Shown: positions 47,848 to 57,659, numbered from the stretch's first letter. The stretch: 64,000 nucleotides of DNA from Longimicrobiales bacterium (GCA_965248195.1 CBDFIQ010000002.1:2144001-2208000); one strand, 5' to 3'. The notes: a model not told the origin generated them from the letters alone. Translations and numbers: made by a program.

Positions 47848-48528
47848 TTACTCTTCGATCACGAACCTGAACAACCAGGCGCACACGATCGTGAAGATGA
47901 TCGCGAAGGCCGCCAGCATCCTCAGGTTCCCGCTGACCTCCGCGACGGGCCGTCCGGCGAACAGGCGATTCGTCGCCGTGGTCCCGTAAACTACGACGGG
48001 AACCAGGAGAGGGAAGACGAGAACAGGCAGCAGGCTCTCTCCCATCGAGCTTCGAGTCGCCATCGCGCTGAAAAGTGTCGTCAGCGAGACGAACCCCAGA
48101 ACGCCCAAAGCCACGACCGCAACCAGGGTGATCGGATTCCCCGAGAACCGTAAGCCGAAGAACGCTCCAAATACAACGAAGACCAGGGCCGCCATCACCG
48201 ACAGCAAGACGAAGTTCCCGAGGACCTTGCCCAGGTAGAGGGCATCGAGAGGAATGGGGCTCTGGAGAATTCCGGCTAGTGCACCATCCTCCTCCTCCAG
48301 CCGAAACGTTCTCCCCATCCCGAGCATGCCGCCGAAGATGATGGTCAACCAGATCAGTGCTCCGGCGATGTCCTGCGGCCGCACCACCGCTGTGTCGATG
48401 GAAAAATTGAAGAGCACGCCGCTCAAGACCGCGAACGCCCCCATGGAAGTAAGCCGCTCGCGGGTTCGAAACTCGACCAATAGATCCTTGCGGGCGATGG
48501 CCCACACGAGATCGACGTACGACCTCAT
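47848..48528 (-). CDS. ccmB: Heme exporter protein CcmB
   Basis: KDLLVEFR, EEEDGAL, LLPVLVFPLLVP. Confidence 0.93.
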   Translation of the reverse strand: MRSYVDLVWAIARKDLLVEFRTRERLTSMGAFAVLSGVLFNFSIDTAVVRPQDIAGALIWLTIIFGGMLGMGRTFRLEEEDGALAGILQSPIPLDALYLGKVLGNFVLLSVMAALVFVVFGAFFGLRFSGNPITLVAVVALGVLGFVSLTTLFSAMATRSSMGESLLPVLVFPLLVPVVVYGTTATNRLFAGRPVAEVSGNLRMLAAFAIIFTIVCAWLFRFVIEE

Positions 48529-49238
48529 GCGGGACCCTCTACTGTGGCGTGGTACAGCGCCTCGAACTCTGCGAGGTCCAGACTCGCCGAGTCCCGCACA
48601 GACGAAAATCGCCCCTGAACCTGAATGGCAACTCGATCGGCCAACTCCAATCCCTGTATGAGATTATGCGTGACGAGCACGACCGTTCGTCGCCCATCCT
48701 TCAGCGATGCGAGTTGCTCGCGGAGCACGGCGGAAGCGTGCGGGTCGAGCCCGGTGTAGGGTTCGTCCAAGAGCAACACCTCGGGATCATGAAGGAGAGC
48801 CCGGGCGAGCGCTACCCGCTGCTTGAGGCCGCGAGACAGCTCACGCACCGGTGTCCGTGCCCGGTCCGTGAGTCCCAGGGACACCAACCGCTCCGGAATC
48901 CGCGTCTTCAAGTCCGTGAGTCCGAACAGCCGGCCGTAAAACCGCAGGTTCTCTTCGGTGGTGAGTGGCCCGTACAGGAGCGACTGGTGGGATACGAAGC
49001 CGACACGGTGTCTCCAGTCTCGACCCGCCACGTTCGCCGGTGCTCCCGCCACACGAACCTGTCCTGAGGTCGGCTTCATTACGCCGCCGAGCATTCGCAG
49101 AAGTGTCGTTTTCCCGGCCCCGTTGGGTCCGAAGACGGTGAGCATTTCACCGGGCTGAAGTTGGAAGCTCACGTCGTCGACCGCGCGGAGCCCCCCGAAA
49201 GTACGAACGAGTCCTACCGCCTCCAGCCCGAAACTCAA
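48525..49238 (-). CDS. ccmA: Heme exporter ABC ATPase CcmA
   Basis: GPNGAGKTT, LSRG, LLLDEPYTGLD; within the ccm operon. Confidence 0.92.
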   Translation of the reverse strand: MSFGLEAVGLVRTFGGLRAVDDVSFQLQPGEMLTVFGPNGAGKTTLLRMLGGVMKPTSGQVRVAGAPANVAGRDWRHRVGFVSHQSLLYGPLTTEENLRFYGRLFGLTDLKTRIPERLVSLGLTDRARTPVRELSRGLKQRVALARALLHDPEVLLLDEPYTGLDPHASAVLREQLASLKDGRRTVVLVTHNLIQGLELADRVAIQVQGRFSSVRDSASLDLAEFEALYHATVEGPA

Positions 49239-49247
49239 CGCCCCACC

Positions 49248-49757
49248 CTAAGCGGAAGCCGGGTTTCCGGCCGTGGTGGCGACCCCACCCAACCGCCCGC
49301 CGCAGCCTGAACAGAAGCGGCTCTTCTTGACATTCAGGTGCCCACATCCGGGGCAGGTCCGGCCCTCTGCCATCCCCTTACGCGCACGTGCGATCTCGGC
49401 TTCGAGACGGTCGCCGTCCGGGTCGGGGCTGGCACCCTTCGTGGAGTTCGTGGCAGCATCCGCGGGAGTCCCTTCGTCCGCGGCATGGCCGGCCGTGCCC
49501 TCCTCTCGCATAGCCTCCAACGCCTGACGAGCCAGATCGGACTTGATAAGCTGGTAGTCCGCCCGGTCGATTTTCCCGGCGCGAAGGTCGTATTCGGCGT
49601 CGCGGAGCCCCCGGAGTGCAGCCTGCTTACGGGCGTCGACCTCGGTGACCTCGTCGTCCGAGCACTCTATAGTGGCCCAGTCCCCCCGCAGGACAGGCAG
49701 CATGACGAAGAGGATCACGCCGGCTGAGACGAGCGTCATCCCAACGATCAACCCCAC
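49248..49757 (-). CDS. CcmI-N-like membrane protein with C-terminal zinc ribbon
   Basis: TM helix, LRDAEYDLRAGKIDRADY, CPGC...CSGC. Confidence 0.75.
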   Translation of the reverse strand: MGLIVGMTLVSAGVILFVMLPVLRGDWATIECSDDEVTEVDARKQAALRGLRDAEYDLRAGKIDRADYQLIKSDLARQALEAMREEGTAGHAADEGTPADAATNSTKGASPDPDGDRLEAEIARARKGMAEGRTCPGCGHLNVKKSRFCSGCGGRLGGVATTAGNPASA

Positions 49758-49761
49758 GTCA

Positions 49762-51813
49762 TCAGCCCCGCGTGGCCAGAGCGGGCCGTTTGCCTCCAGT
49801 CTGCGGGCGCGAAGCCGTGGTAGTCGAGCCGCGGGAGGGCCACATTGCGATGATCCCGCCCAAGGTGACGACGAATCCCCCGTACCAGATCCAGCCCACG
49901 AGTACGTTGACCTGCACCTTGAAGGTCGCACGCTGAGCCGCGGCGTCGCTCTCGAAGGCTCCACCAAGATCGTTCACGTTGTCGAGGATCAGGTAGAGGT
50001 CTTCAAGGATGTAGGAGTTGATCCCCACAATCGTGAGCGGCGACGATTCCCACTTTTCGTAGAGGACCTTCTGCGCCGTGAGGGATTCGACCGGCCGGCC
50101 ATTTCGTTCGACGGTCATCAGGGCCACCGCCTGACGCACCATGTTCTGGCCGCGAGGCGACGACAGTCCCTGGTAAGTGAGCGCGTATTCGTGCCCGAAC
50201 GGAGACTCGATCGTGATGGTCTCGCCCGGATCGACGATCTGCACGATCTCGCGATTAAAAGCCACGCCGGCAAATGCGGTAAAAATCATCACGACCCCGA
50301 CGTGGACGATGTACCCTCCCCAGCGGCGCCGATTCCGGCTCACGAGGTGGAAGAAGGCCAGGAGATGACCCTCGCCCTCGATGTGGGCCCGTGCCTTGGT
50401 CCCCTTCACGAACTCGACAATGATGATGGTCATCACGAAGGCCGACAGACCGAATGTCAGCAGAGCCATGCCGTGGTGGACACCTCGCAGGAACAGCGCC
50501 CCGACGACCATCAAACCCACGATGACCGGCGTGAGAAAGTTCTTTACGAGATTGCGGCGAGACGCCCTTCGCCAAGCGATCACCGGTCCGATCCCCATCA
50601 AGGCGAGCAGAGCCAGCCCGATGGGCAGGTTGACCCGGTTGAAAAATGGCGGACCCACCGCGATGGCCGTTCCCGTAAGGCCCTCAGTGATGAGCGGGAA
50701 AAGGGTCCCCCACAGGATGGTGAAGGCTGCACCCAGGAGGATCAGGTTATTGAACAGAAATGCTGATTCTCGGGACAGAAACGACTGAATCTGGTTCTCG
50801 CTCTTGAGCTGCGGGTACCGCCACGCAATCAGCAGGACACAAACCCCGGCCATCACCCCCATGAACGCGAGGAAAATGAACGCGATCGTCGTGTTCTCGG
50901 CGAAGGTGTGAACCGACTCGATCAGGCCCGACCGCGTCAGGAAGGTGGCGAAAATCGTCAAAAGGAAGGTGAGGGTGACTAGGCCCATGTTCCAAACCTT
51001 GAGCATCCCCCGGTTTTCCTGAATCTGGATCGAGTGGAGGAAGGCCGTCGCCGTCAGCCAGGGCAACAGAGACGCGTTCTCAACTGGATCCCAAAACCAA
51101 AATCCGCCCCAGCCGAGCATCTCGTACGCCCAGCGCATACCAAAGATGACGCCGTTCGCCAAAAAGAACCAAGACAGCAGAATCCAACGCCGCGTGATGA
51201 CGATCCAGCGCGTATCCAACTTTCCGCTGAGCAGCGCCGAGACGGCGAAAGCGAACGGAATCGTGAAGGAGGTGAATCCCAAGTACAGCGTAGGCGGATG
51301 AATCGTCATCCAATAGTTCTGGAGCTGAGGGTTGAGCCCTCGTCCATCCGCAGCCGCAAAAGGCAGCCTCTCGAACGGATTCACTTCGGCGAAGAGCAGC
51401 ACCACCAGGAAGAAGCTTGAAATCGTGAGGAGCACACCGACCACATAAGGCATGAACTCCCGGTTCTTGGCCCGGTTCGTGAAGACCGCCGCCGCCGAGA
51501 AGAAGGAAAGGAGCAGCGCCCAGAATACCAAAGAACCACGCTGCCCGGCCCACAGGCCGGCGACCTTGTAAAACGTCGGCAACTCGCGGTTGGAGTAGTT
51601 CGCGACGTACCAGTACTCGAAACTATCCGTCAGGAAGGCGGTGATGATCCCCGCCGACGTCAGGATCAGAAGGAAGAAAACGGCGTAGACGCTATGCTCG
51701 GCGCTCAGAACGAGGTCGCCACGCCCCTTACGCCCGCCCACGAAGCCGGCGACTGCTCCCCAGATGCCGACCGGTAGTGCAATCCAGAGAGCAAGCTCTC
51801 CGAGGATTATCAC
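49762..51813 (-). CDS. ccmF: Cytochrome c heme lyase CcmF
   Basis: GLNPQLQNYWMTIHPP, WGGFWFWDPVENASL, LTRSG..SVH. Confidence 0.96.
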   Translation of the reverse strand: MIILGELALWIALPVGIWGAVAGFVGGRKGRGDLVLSAEHSVYAVFFLLILTSAGIITAFLTDSFEYWYVANYSNRELPTFYKVAGLWAGQRGSLVFWALLLSFFSAAAVFTNRAKNREFMPYVVGVLLTISSFFLVVLLFAEVNPFERLPFAAADGRGLNPQLQNYWMTIHPPTLYLGFTSFTIPFAFAVSALLSGKLDTRWIVITRRWILLSWFFLANGVIFGMRWAYEMLGWGGFWFWDPVENASLLPWLTATAFLHSIQIQENRGMLKVWNMGLVTLTFLLTIFATFLTRSGLIESVHTFAENTTIAFIFLAFMGVMAGVCVLLIAWRYPQLKSENQIQSFLSRESAFLFNNLILLGAAFTILWGTLFPLITEGLTGTAIAVGPPFFNRVNLPIGLALLALMGIGPVIAWRRASRRNLVKNFLTPVIVGLMVVGALFLRGVHHGMALLTFGLSAFVMTIIIVEFVKGTKARAHIEGEGHLLAFFHLVSRNRRRWGGYIVHVGVVMIFTAFAGVAFNREIVQIVDPGETITIESPFGHEYALTYQGLSSPRGQNMVRQAVALMTVERNGRPVESLTAQKVLYEKWESSPLTIVGINSYILEDLYLILDNVNDLGGAFESDAAAQRATFKVQVNVLVGWIWYGGFVVTLGGIIAMWPSRGSTTTASRPQTGGKRPALATRG

Positions 51814-52238
51814 CCGAGAAGTTCCTCAGGCGTAGCTTCGTAGCGACTTCCACACTTCGCGAGAACGATCGTGGCTTCGAAAACGCCATCCTCCCGGAAG
51901 CGACCCTCGACGACCACGTCCACATTCTCCGTGTCGTTGAAGGTATCGGGGAGCATGTCCCGGTATTCCACGGGGAAACGCACCGACTCATCCAGGAGAT
52001 CGACGACCGTGAACTGGTGCAGCAACTCGTCTTGGGCCCGGGTCCACGACCCCCGCTCGACGCGCCCACTCACCTTCACGCCTACGTCGTGGAACGTCGG
52101 ATCCTGCTCCACCCGTGCCATGAGCTCCACGGGGGTGAGGTAATACACCATCGTTTCCGTGACACCGGTCCAGATCAGGTAGGTGACGACCAGGGCCACG
52201 CCCCCCAATCCGACGAAAAATTTACCATTGTCTTTCAT
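51810..52238 (-). CDS. ccmE: Heme chaperone CcmE, CxxxY variant
   Basis: YYLTPVE, LPDTF, VVVEG, LAKCGSRY. Confidence 0.93.
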   Translation of the reverse strand: MKDNGKFFVGLGGVALVVTYLIWTGVTETMVYYLTPVELMARVEQDPTFHDVGVKVSGRVERGSWTRAQDELLHQFTVVDLLDESVRFPVEYRDMLPDTFNDTENVDVVVEGRFREDGVFEATIVLAKCGSRYEATPEELLG

Positions 52239-52424
52239 GATTCACGACTCGTGCGTTTTGGACATGGTGGCGCACTCCCCTTCGCGTCGAAATATAGGCA
52301 CACTCCGAAGCAGCGCAAACCACCGCCCAAGGGTCGACGACGGGTCCTCGAAAGCCTTTCACATGATTATAGAAAGTTACGGCGCCCCGAGTTCCCCATT
52401 CACCATCCACTCGATCCGAGCGAA

Positions 52425-55400
52425 TCAGTGATTCGTGCTCATGCTCCGGGCCGCGGGCACGGGTGGGGCCTGGGCCGGAACCGACACCTCCACGTGCCCG
52501 ACCTCTGCCCGCAGACGCCGGAGGTGGTAGCGCACCTCGGACATCGGGTCCGCCTCTCCAGGCACGTCTCGGGGGGCTACCTTCTGGAACTTGGGCAAGG
52601 CTTCCTCCCAGGCGCCGAGAAGCTCTTGGGCCCGCCTCGACCCCGTCCGCTCGTAATGACGCTCGATCATGGTCTTTAGCAACTCGATGTCGTCCGGATG
52701 CACCACGGCTTGCATTTCCACCAGGTCATGGTTCATGCGGGACGGGAGGTCACCGTATTCATCGAGCACGTATGCCATTCCATTCGACATGCCCGCCCCC
52801 AGATTTCGGCCTGTGTCACCGAGGATGACGACGGCCCCACCGGTCATGTATTCGCATCCGTGGTCTCCGACACCCTCCACAACCGCCCGGCCACCCGAGT
52901 TACGTACGGCGAACCGCTCCCCGGCGCCACCGGCGACGAACAGGTCACCGCCCGTCGCACCGTAGAGTACGGTATTCCCCACGAGCGTCGCTTTTTGCTC
53001 CAGGAATCGGGAGCCGGGCGGTGGGCAGACCGTGATTTCTCCCCCGCTCATCCCCTTCGCCACATAGTCGTTGGCCTCACCGATGAGGTTCAGGCACACT
53101 CCATTGGCGAGCCAGGCCCCGAACGACTGTCCCGCCGACCCCCGGAAGGCCAGGTCGATGGATCCTGGTGGCAGTCCGGCGTTCCCATGCACCTGAGCGA
53201 TGCGCCCCGAAATCCGGCCTCCCACCGTACGGTCCCGGTTCAGAATCTCATAGGAGCCCTGGAATGTGCCACCATCCTCGATGGCACTACCGATATCTTT
53301 CAGGATCCGGTCATCCATGGGACGGCCGGGCCGGTCGTTACGTTCCTGGACCACGTGGGCGGGTCCGCCCGACGTCCTCGCGATCATCTTGGAAAGGTCG
53401 ACGCCACGCCAACGGTCACCCTCCTCCGCCTCGATTTGTGTCAGCAGATCGGCCCTGCCGATCACGTCATCGAGCCGCTCATAACCGAGCGTGGCGAGGA
53501 TCTCCCGCACGTCCTCACCCACATGGGTGAGGAACTGGATCACCATCTCCGGCGTGCCGAAATACTTCTCCCTGTACTCTTCGGCCTGCGTCGCGATTCC
53601 CACGGGGCAGGTATTGAGGTGGCACTGGCGCGCCATCTTGCATCCGATCGCGATGAGTGCCGCGGTGCCGAAACCGTAGCGGTCGGCGCCGAGCAGGGCC
53701 GCAACCACGACGTCCCTCCCCGTATGCATGCCCCCGTCGGTACTGAGGATCACCCGGCCGCGAAGCCCATTCATCATGAGCGTCTGCTGAGTCTCCGCCA
53801 GCCCGAGCTCCCAGGGGATACCTGCGTACTTTATCGAGGTGAGCGGTGACGCACCGGTACCGCCGTCCGCCCCACTGATCTGGATGACGTCGGCATAGGC
53901 CTTGGCCACGCCCGCCGCAATCGTGCCTACCCCTTCCGAAGCCACCAACTTCACGATGACGCGGGCGGCCGGATTCACGACCTTGAGGTCGTAGATCAAC
54001 TGGGCGATGTCCTCGATCGAGTAGATGTCGTGGTGTGGCGGCGGAGAGATCAAGGGCGTGCCCGCGGTGACGTGCCGCAACTCGGCGATGTACGCCGAAA
54101 CCTTGTGGCCGGGAAGTTGTCCACCCTCCCCGGGTTTGGCACCCTGGGCGATCTTGATCTCCAGCTCCTTCGCCCCGACGAGGTACGCGGGCGTGACCCC
54201 GAACCGCCCGGAAGCGACCTGCTTCACCGACGAATTCGCATCGAGCTTATCACCACCCGGCGTGTAGCGGCGGGGATCCTCCCCACCCTCGCCGGTGTTG
54301 GCTAGACCGCCTAGCCGGTTCATCGCTCTCGCGAGATCCTCGTGAGCCTCTGGGCTCAGTGCACCCAACGACATAGCTCCGGTCTGGAATCGCCGTATTA
54401 TGGCCTCGACGGGTTCGACTTTATCGAGCCCGATCGGATCGCGGTCGGACGAGAGCTCGAGGAGATCCCGTAAGGCCGTAGGCGGACGGCTATGGACCAG
54501 GTCGCGGTAAGCCCGGTATTCTTCCTCGCCTCCGCCCTGGACTGTCTTGTGCAGAGCGCGCCAGACCTGTGGACTGTTCGCGTGGTAGTCGCCATCCCGC
54601 CGAAACTTGTACCAGCCGCCTCGCTCGAGCTTCTCCGCTGAGTACGCCTGGGTGTGCCGCTCAATCGCGTCCGCCGCGATGTGGCGGAAGCCGATACCGC
54701 CGATGCGTGACCTCGTGGTCGTGAAGCAGCGACGGAGGACCTCGTCACCCAGGCCGAGCGCCTCGAAAATCTGGGCGCCGTGGTAGGAAGAGACCGCGGA
54801 GATGCCCATTTTGGACATGACCTTGAGGATCCCCGCATCGGCCGCCTTCCTGTAGTTTCTGATGACTTCATCGAGTGCCTGGTCGTCGAACTCCCCTGCT
54901 CCGACCAACGCTCCCACGCTCTCGAAGGCGAGGTAGGGACAGATTGCCGAAGCCCCGAAACCGATCAGCGTAGCGAATTGGTGAACATCCCGAGCGTCCC
55001 CGGTGTCGGCGACGATGCTGGCCCTCATCCGGAGACCCTCGCGGATCAGGTGATTGTGCACCGTTGAAACCGCTAAGAGCATCGGAATCGGCGCACGGGC
55101 TTCATCGGTGGAGCGGTCGCTGACCACGAGCGCCTGGCACCCTTCGTCCACTGCGGCCACCGCAGCGGCGCAGAGGTCGTCGAGGGCCCCCTCGAGCCCT
55201 TCGGCACCGTCCTTCACGGGGAAACACGCCTCGAGTGTGGCAACGGAGAATCCCTCGGGCGTCCCTTCCCGAAGCTGCACCAACTCCCCCTCACTCATAA
55301 TCGGGCTCATGAGATGTACGAGCCGGGCAGCCTCTGGGTCCTCCTCCAAAATCGAATGGCGGCGGCCCAGGTAGGTATCGAGCGACATCACGATCTTCTC

Positions 55401-57056
55401 TCGAAGGGAGTCGATCGGTGGGTTGGTGACCTGTGCGAAGCGCTGCCGGAAATAGGTGTACAGGAGGCGGCCGGGTCCGTTCAGCGTGGACGGGGGCGTG
55501 TCGTCACCCATGGAGCCCGTGGGTTCCTTGCCGTCCCGTGCCATGGGTTTGAGGACGTATCCGATCTCCTCTTGAGTGTACCCGTGTAGCGCCTGCAAGC
55601 GAACCAGCTCGGCATCATCGGAATCGGGTCGATACCGCTTCGGGTCGAGCTCGAGGGGAGCGAGATGATGGAGATTTTCGCTCACCCACTGACCGTAAGG
55701 CCGCCGAGCCGCCATTTCGGCCTTGATTTCGTCGTTGTGCAAGAAGTGCCGCCGAGCCGTGTCGACGGCGATCATCTCACCGGGTCCGACCCTTCCCGAC
55801 TCCACGATCTCGCTCAGTGGCAGGTCAGCCAGCCCAACTTCCGAACTCATGATCACCACCCCGTCGGCCGTAACCTGATACCGGGCGGGGCGTAGGCCAT
55901 TACGGTCCATCACGGCGGCGGCAACCGTTCCGTCCGTGAAGGCGACCGCGGCTGGACCGTCCCAAGGCTCCGTGAGGCAGGCGTGATATTCGTAGAACTC
56001 CCGGAGTTGGGGATCCATGTTGGGCATGCTCTCCCACGCCTCCGGGATGAGCATCGCCATCGCGTGGAGCAGGCCGCGGCCAGAGGTCATCAGGAGTTCG
56101 AAAGCCTCGTCCAGGGAGGCCGTGTCAGACCCGATGGGATGGATGACCGGGATCAGATCCTCGAGCTGGTCGCCCCAAAAACTGGACGTGAGCTCGGGTT
56201 CGCGCGCCGACATCCAGTTCCGGTTGCCCAGGAGTGTGTTGATTTCTCCGTTGTGCGCGATCAAGCGGAACGGCTGGGCGAGGGGCCAGGTCGCAAGCGT
56301 ATTGGTGGCAAAACGCTGATGGAAAAGGGCGATCCCGGAAACCGTCCGTTCGTCCGCGAGGTCGGGAAAGAAGCGGGCGAGGTCTGTTGCGACCATGAGA
56401 CCCTTATAAACCACCGTCCGCGCGGACATCGACACGATGTAGCAATCGATGCCTTCTTCCCGGTAACCCGACTCGGCCCGCATCCGAGCGAGGTAGAGCG
56501 CCCGATCGAACTCGGGGCTCGACATGCCCGAGGGCCTCTCGATGAAGAGTTGCTCGATTCCCGGAAGAGATTGCAGGGCCGAGGCGCCAAGTACGGATCG
56601 GTCCGTCGGCACGACTCTCCAGCCAAGGGGCACGATGCCCGTCCGGTCCGCCGCCGCGTCCAGGATGGCACGCGCCCGGTCACGCATTTTCTTTTCTGTG
56701 GGCAAGAAGACCATCGCGAGGGCGAGCCCTGACAGGTCGCCCTCTTCCATACCCATGCCGGCGGCGTCTTCAGCCAACAACTCCTTCGGGACCTGAATCG
56801 TAACGCCCGCACCGTCACCCGAAGCCGCGTCGGCTGAGACCGCGCCCCGGTGCGTGAGGTTCGCGACCGAGCGCACCGCCAGCTCTACGATGCCATGGGT
56901 TCGCTCACCGTCGATCCTGGCTATGAAACCCGTCCCGCAGCCGTCGTGCTCGAAGGCCGGGTTATAAAGAGGCGGCGGGTTCGACGGAGACCAGGCGGCC
57001 CCGGACAGGGGCCCACCGTCCGGTATTCCGTGTCTAGAATCCAACTTCCGAGTCAT
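52425..57056 (-). CDS. gltB: Glutamate synthase large subunit
   Basis: EHDG-CGTGF (Ntn Cys1), HQRFATNT, HNGEINT, QGAKPGEGGQL, CKMARQCHLNTC 3Fe-4S motif, GXGXG domain. Confidence 0.97.
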   Translation of the reverse strand: MTRKLDSRHGIPDGGPLSGAAWSPSNPPPLYNPAFEHDGCGTGFIARIDGERTHGIVELAVRSVANLTHRGAVSADAASGDGAGVTIQVPKELLAEDAAGMGMEEGDLSGLALAMVFLPTEKKMRDRARAILDAAADRTGIVPLGWRVVPTDRSVLGASALQSLPGIEQLFIERPSGMSSPEFDRALYLARMRAESGYREEGIDCYIVSMSARTVVYKGLMVATDLARFFPDLADERTVSGIALFHQRFATNTLATWPLAQPFRLIAHNGEINTLLGNRNWMSAREPELTSSFWGDQLEDLIPVIHPIGSDTASLDEAFELLMTSGRGLLHAMAMLIPEAWESMPNMDPQLREFYEYHACLTEPWDGPAAVAFTDGTVAAAVMDRNGLRPARYQVTADGVVIMSSEVGLADLPLSEIVESGRVGPGEMIAVDTARRHFLHNDEIKAEMAARRPYGQWVSENLHHLAPLELDPKRYRPDSDDAELVRLQALHGYTQEEIGYVLKPMARDGKEPTGSMGDDTPPSTLNGPGRLLYTYFRQRFAQVTNPPIDSLREKIVMSLDTYLGRRHSILEEDPEAARLVHLMSPIMSEGELVQLREGTPEGFSVATLEACFPVKDGAEGLEGALDDLCAAAVAAVDEGCQALVVSDRSTDEARAPIPMLLAVSTVHNHLIREGLRMRASIVADTGDARDVHQFATLIGFGASAICPYLAFESVGALVGAGEFDDQALDEVIRNYRKAADAGILKVMSKMGISAVSSYHGAQIFEALGLGDEVLRRCFTTTRSRIGGIGFRHIAADAIERHTQAYSAEKLERGGWYKFRRDGDYHANSPQVWRALHKTVQGGGEEEYRAYRDLVHSRPPTALRDLLELSSDRDPIGLDKVEPVEAIIRRFQTGAMSLGALSPEAHEDLARAMNRLGGLANTGEGGEDPRRYTPGGDKLDANSSVKQVASGRFGVTPAYLVGAKELEIKIAQGAKPGEGGQLPGHKVSAYIAELRHVTAGTPLISPPPHHDIYSIEDIAQLIYDLKVVNPAARVIVKLVASEGVGTIAAGVAKAYADVIQISGADGGTGASPLTSIKYAGIPWELGLAETQQTLMMNGLRGRVILSTDGGMHTGRDVVVAALLGADRYGFGTAALIAIGCKMARQCHLNTCPVGIATQAEEYREKYFGTPEMVIQFLTHVGEDVREILATLGYERLDDVIGRADLLTQIEAEEGDRWRGVDLSKMIARTSGGPAHVVQERNDRPGRPMDDRILKDIGSAIEDGGTFQGSYEILNRDRTVGGRISGRIAQVHGNAGLPPGSIDLAFRGSAGQSFGAWLANGVCLNLIGEANDYVAKGMSGGEITVCPPPGSRFLEQKATLVGNTVLYGATGGDLFVAGGAGERFAVRNSGGRAVVEGVGDHGCEYMTGGAVVILGDTGRNLGAGMSNGMAYVLDEYGDLPSRMNHDLVEMQAVVHPDDIELLKTMIERHYERTGSRRAQELLGAWEEALPKFQKVAPRDVPGEADPMSEVRYHLRRLRAEVGHVEVSVPAQAPPVPAARSMSTNH

Positions 57057-57099
57057 ACGTCTCCCGATCTATTGCTCTATTCCCAAACGCTGTGTACCC

Positions 57100-57137
57100 A
57101 AACAAAAAACGGCCTTCCCACACTGGAGAAGGCCGTT
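57100..57137 (-). terminator. Intrinsic terminator inside the gltB 5' leader (attenuator)
   Basis: Minus strand AACGGCCTTCTCCA-GTG-TGGGAAGGCCGTT-TTTTGTTT, about 45 nt before the gltB ATG, same orientation as gltB. Confidence 0.85.
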
Positions 57138-57270
57138 CGAGGAACCGAAAATACTTGCTCAGTTCACCCGCATGCTTCCCCAACGCGGAGCCCTTTTCCG
57201 GCCTCGCTCAAGAGATTCGGGGCAAGTACGTACTCGCACGCGCGAGTTCGGTGAACGGCGAACGCTCATC
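57100..57270 (-). promoter_or_regulatory. Candidate riboswitch or attenuator leader of gltB
   Basis: Mutually exclusive helices: GUUCACC (57250-57256) with GGUGAAC (57162-57168), versus GCCGUUCACCGAA (57247-57259) pairing into the terminator 5' arm (57132-57149). Confidence 0.6.
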
Positions 57271-57465
57271 GGATTCTTACCTGAGGCGACCCAATTGCGA
57301 GGACCTACCAGGCACTTTCACTTGCTCCCCATGAGGGCACAGGGCCCCGAAAACTCTGTCCACACTTGCCGATCCCGCCTGCACCGGTGCACCAGCCGCA
57401 CCTGGGCGAGTTACGCGAGGTAACCGACGAGAATAGGACTTTCTTACCAGAACGGCAAGCGCTCC

Positions 57466-57494
57466 TTGCCCCCCCGTCCCCTCGCTCGTACAAT
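57466..57494 (+). promoter_or_regulatory. Sigma70-type promoter for the TAXI operon
   Basis: TTGCCC-17 bp-TACAAT. Confidence 0.6.
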
Positions 57495-57659
57495 TGCTGC
57501 CGTTCCTCGCGGTTCCAAAAGCCACCTCCCGTCTTCCGTCTTTGACAGCGATGCTTCCCGAAATCCAGTCGCTGTGGAGTTGACCGCCGTGCCCGATCCC
57601 AAATGGATGTACCAAGGGGATGCAGTACCAAGAAGTGCCTCTCAACAGCCTTCTAGAGG

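Noticed and set aside
57170..57260. gltB leader as a known ppGpp (ykkC), glnA glutamine or T-box element
   Set aside because: Only fragments match (GAGC...AAAAGGGCUCC; CGUUCACC...CGGAA). The CUAGGGUUCCG core, the GAAGGAACG 3' strand and the UGGN T-box bulge are absent. cmscan is needed to be certain.
57280..57480. Sigma54 promoter for gltB or the TAXI operon
   Set aside because: Candidate GG...GC pairs have 9- or 12-nt spacing rather than the required 10.
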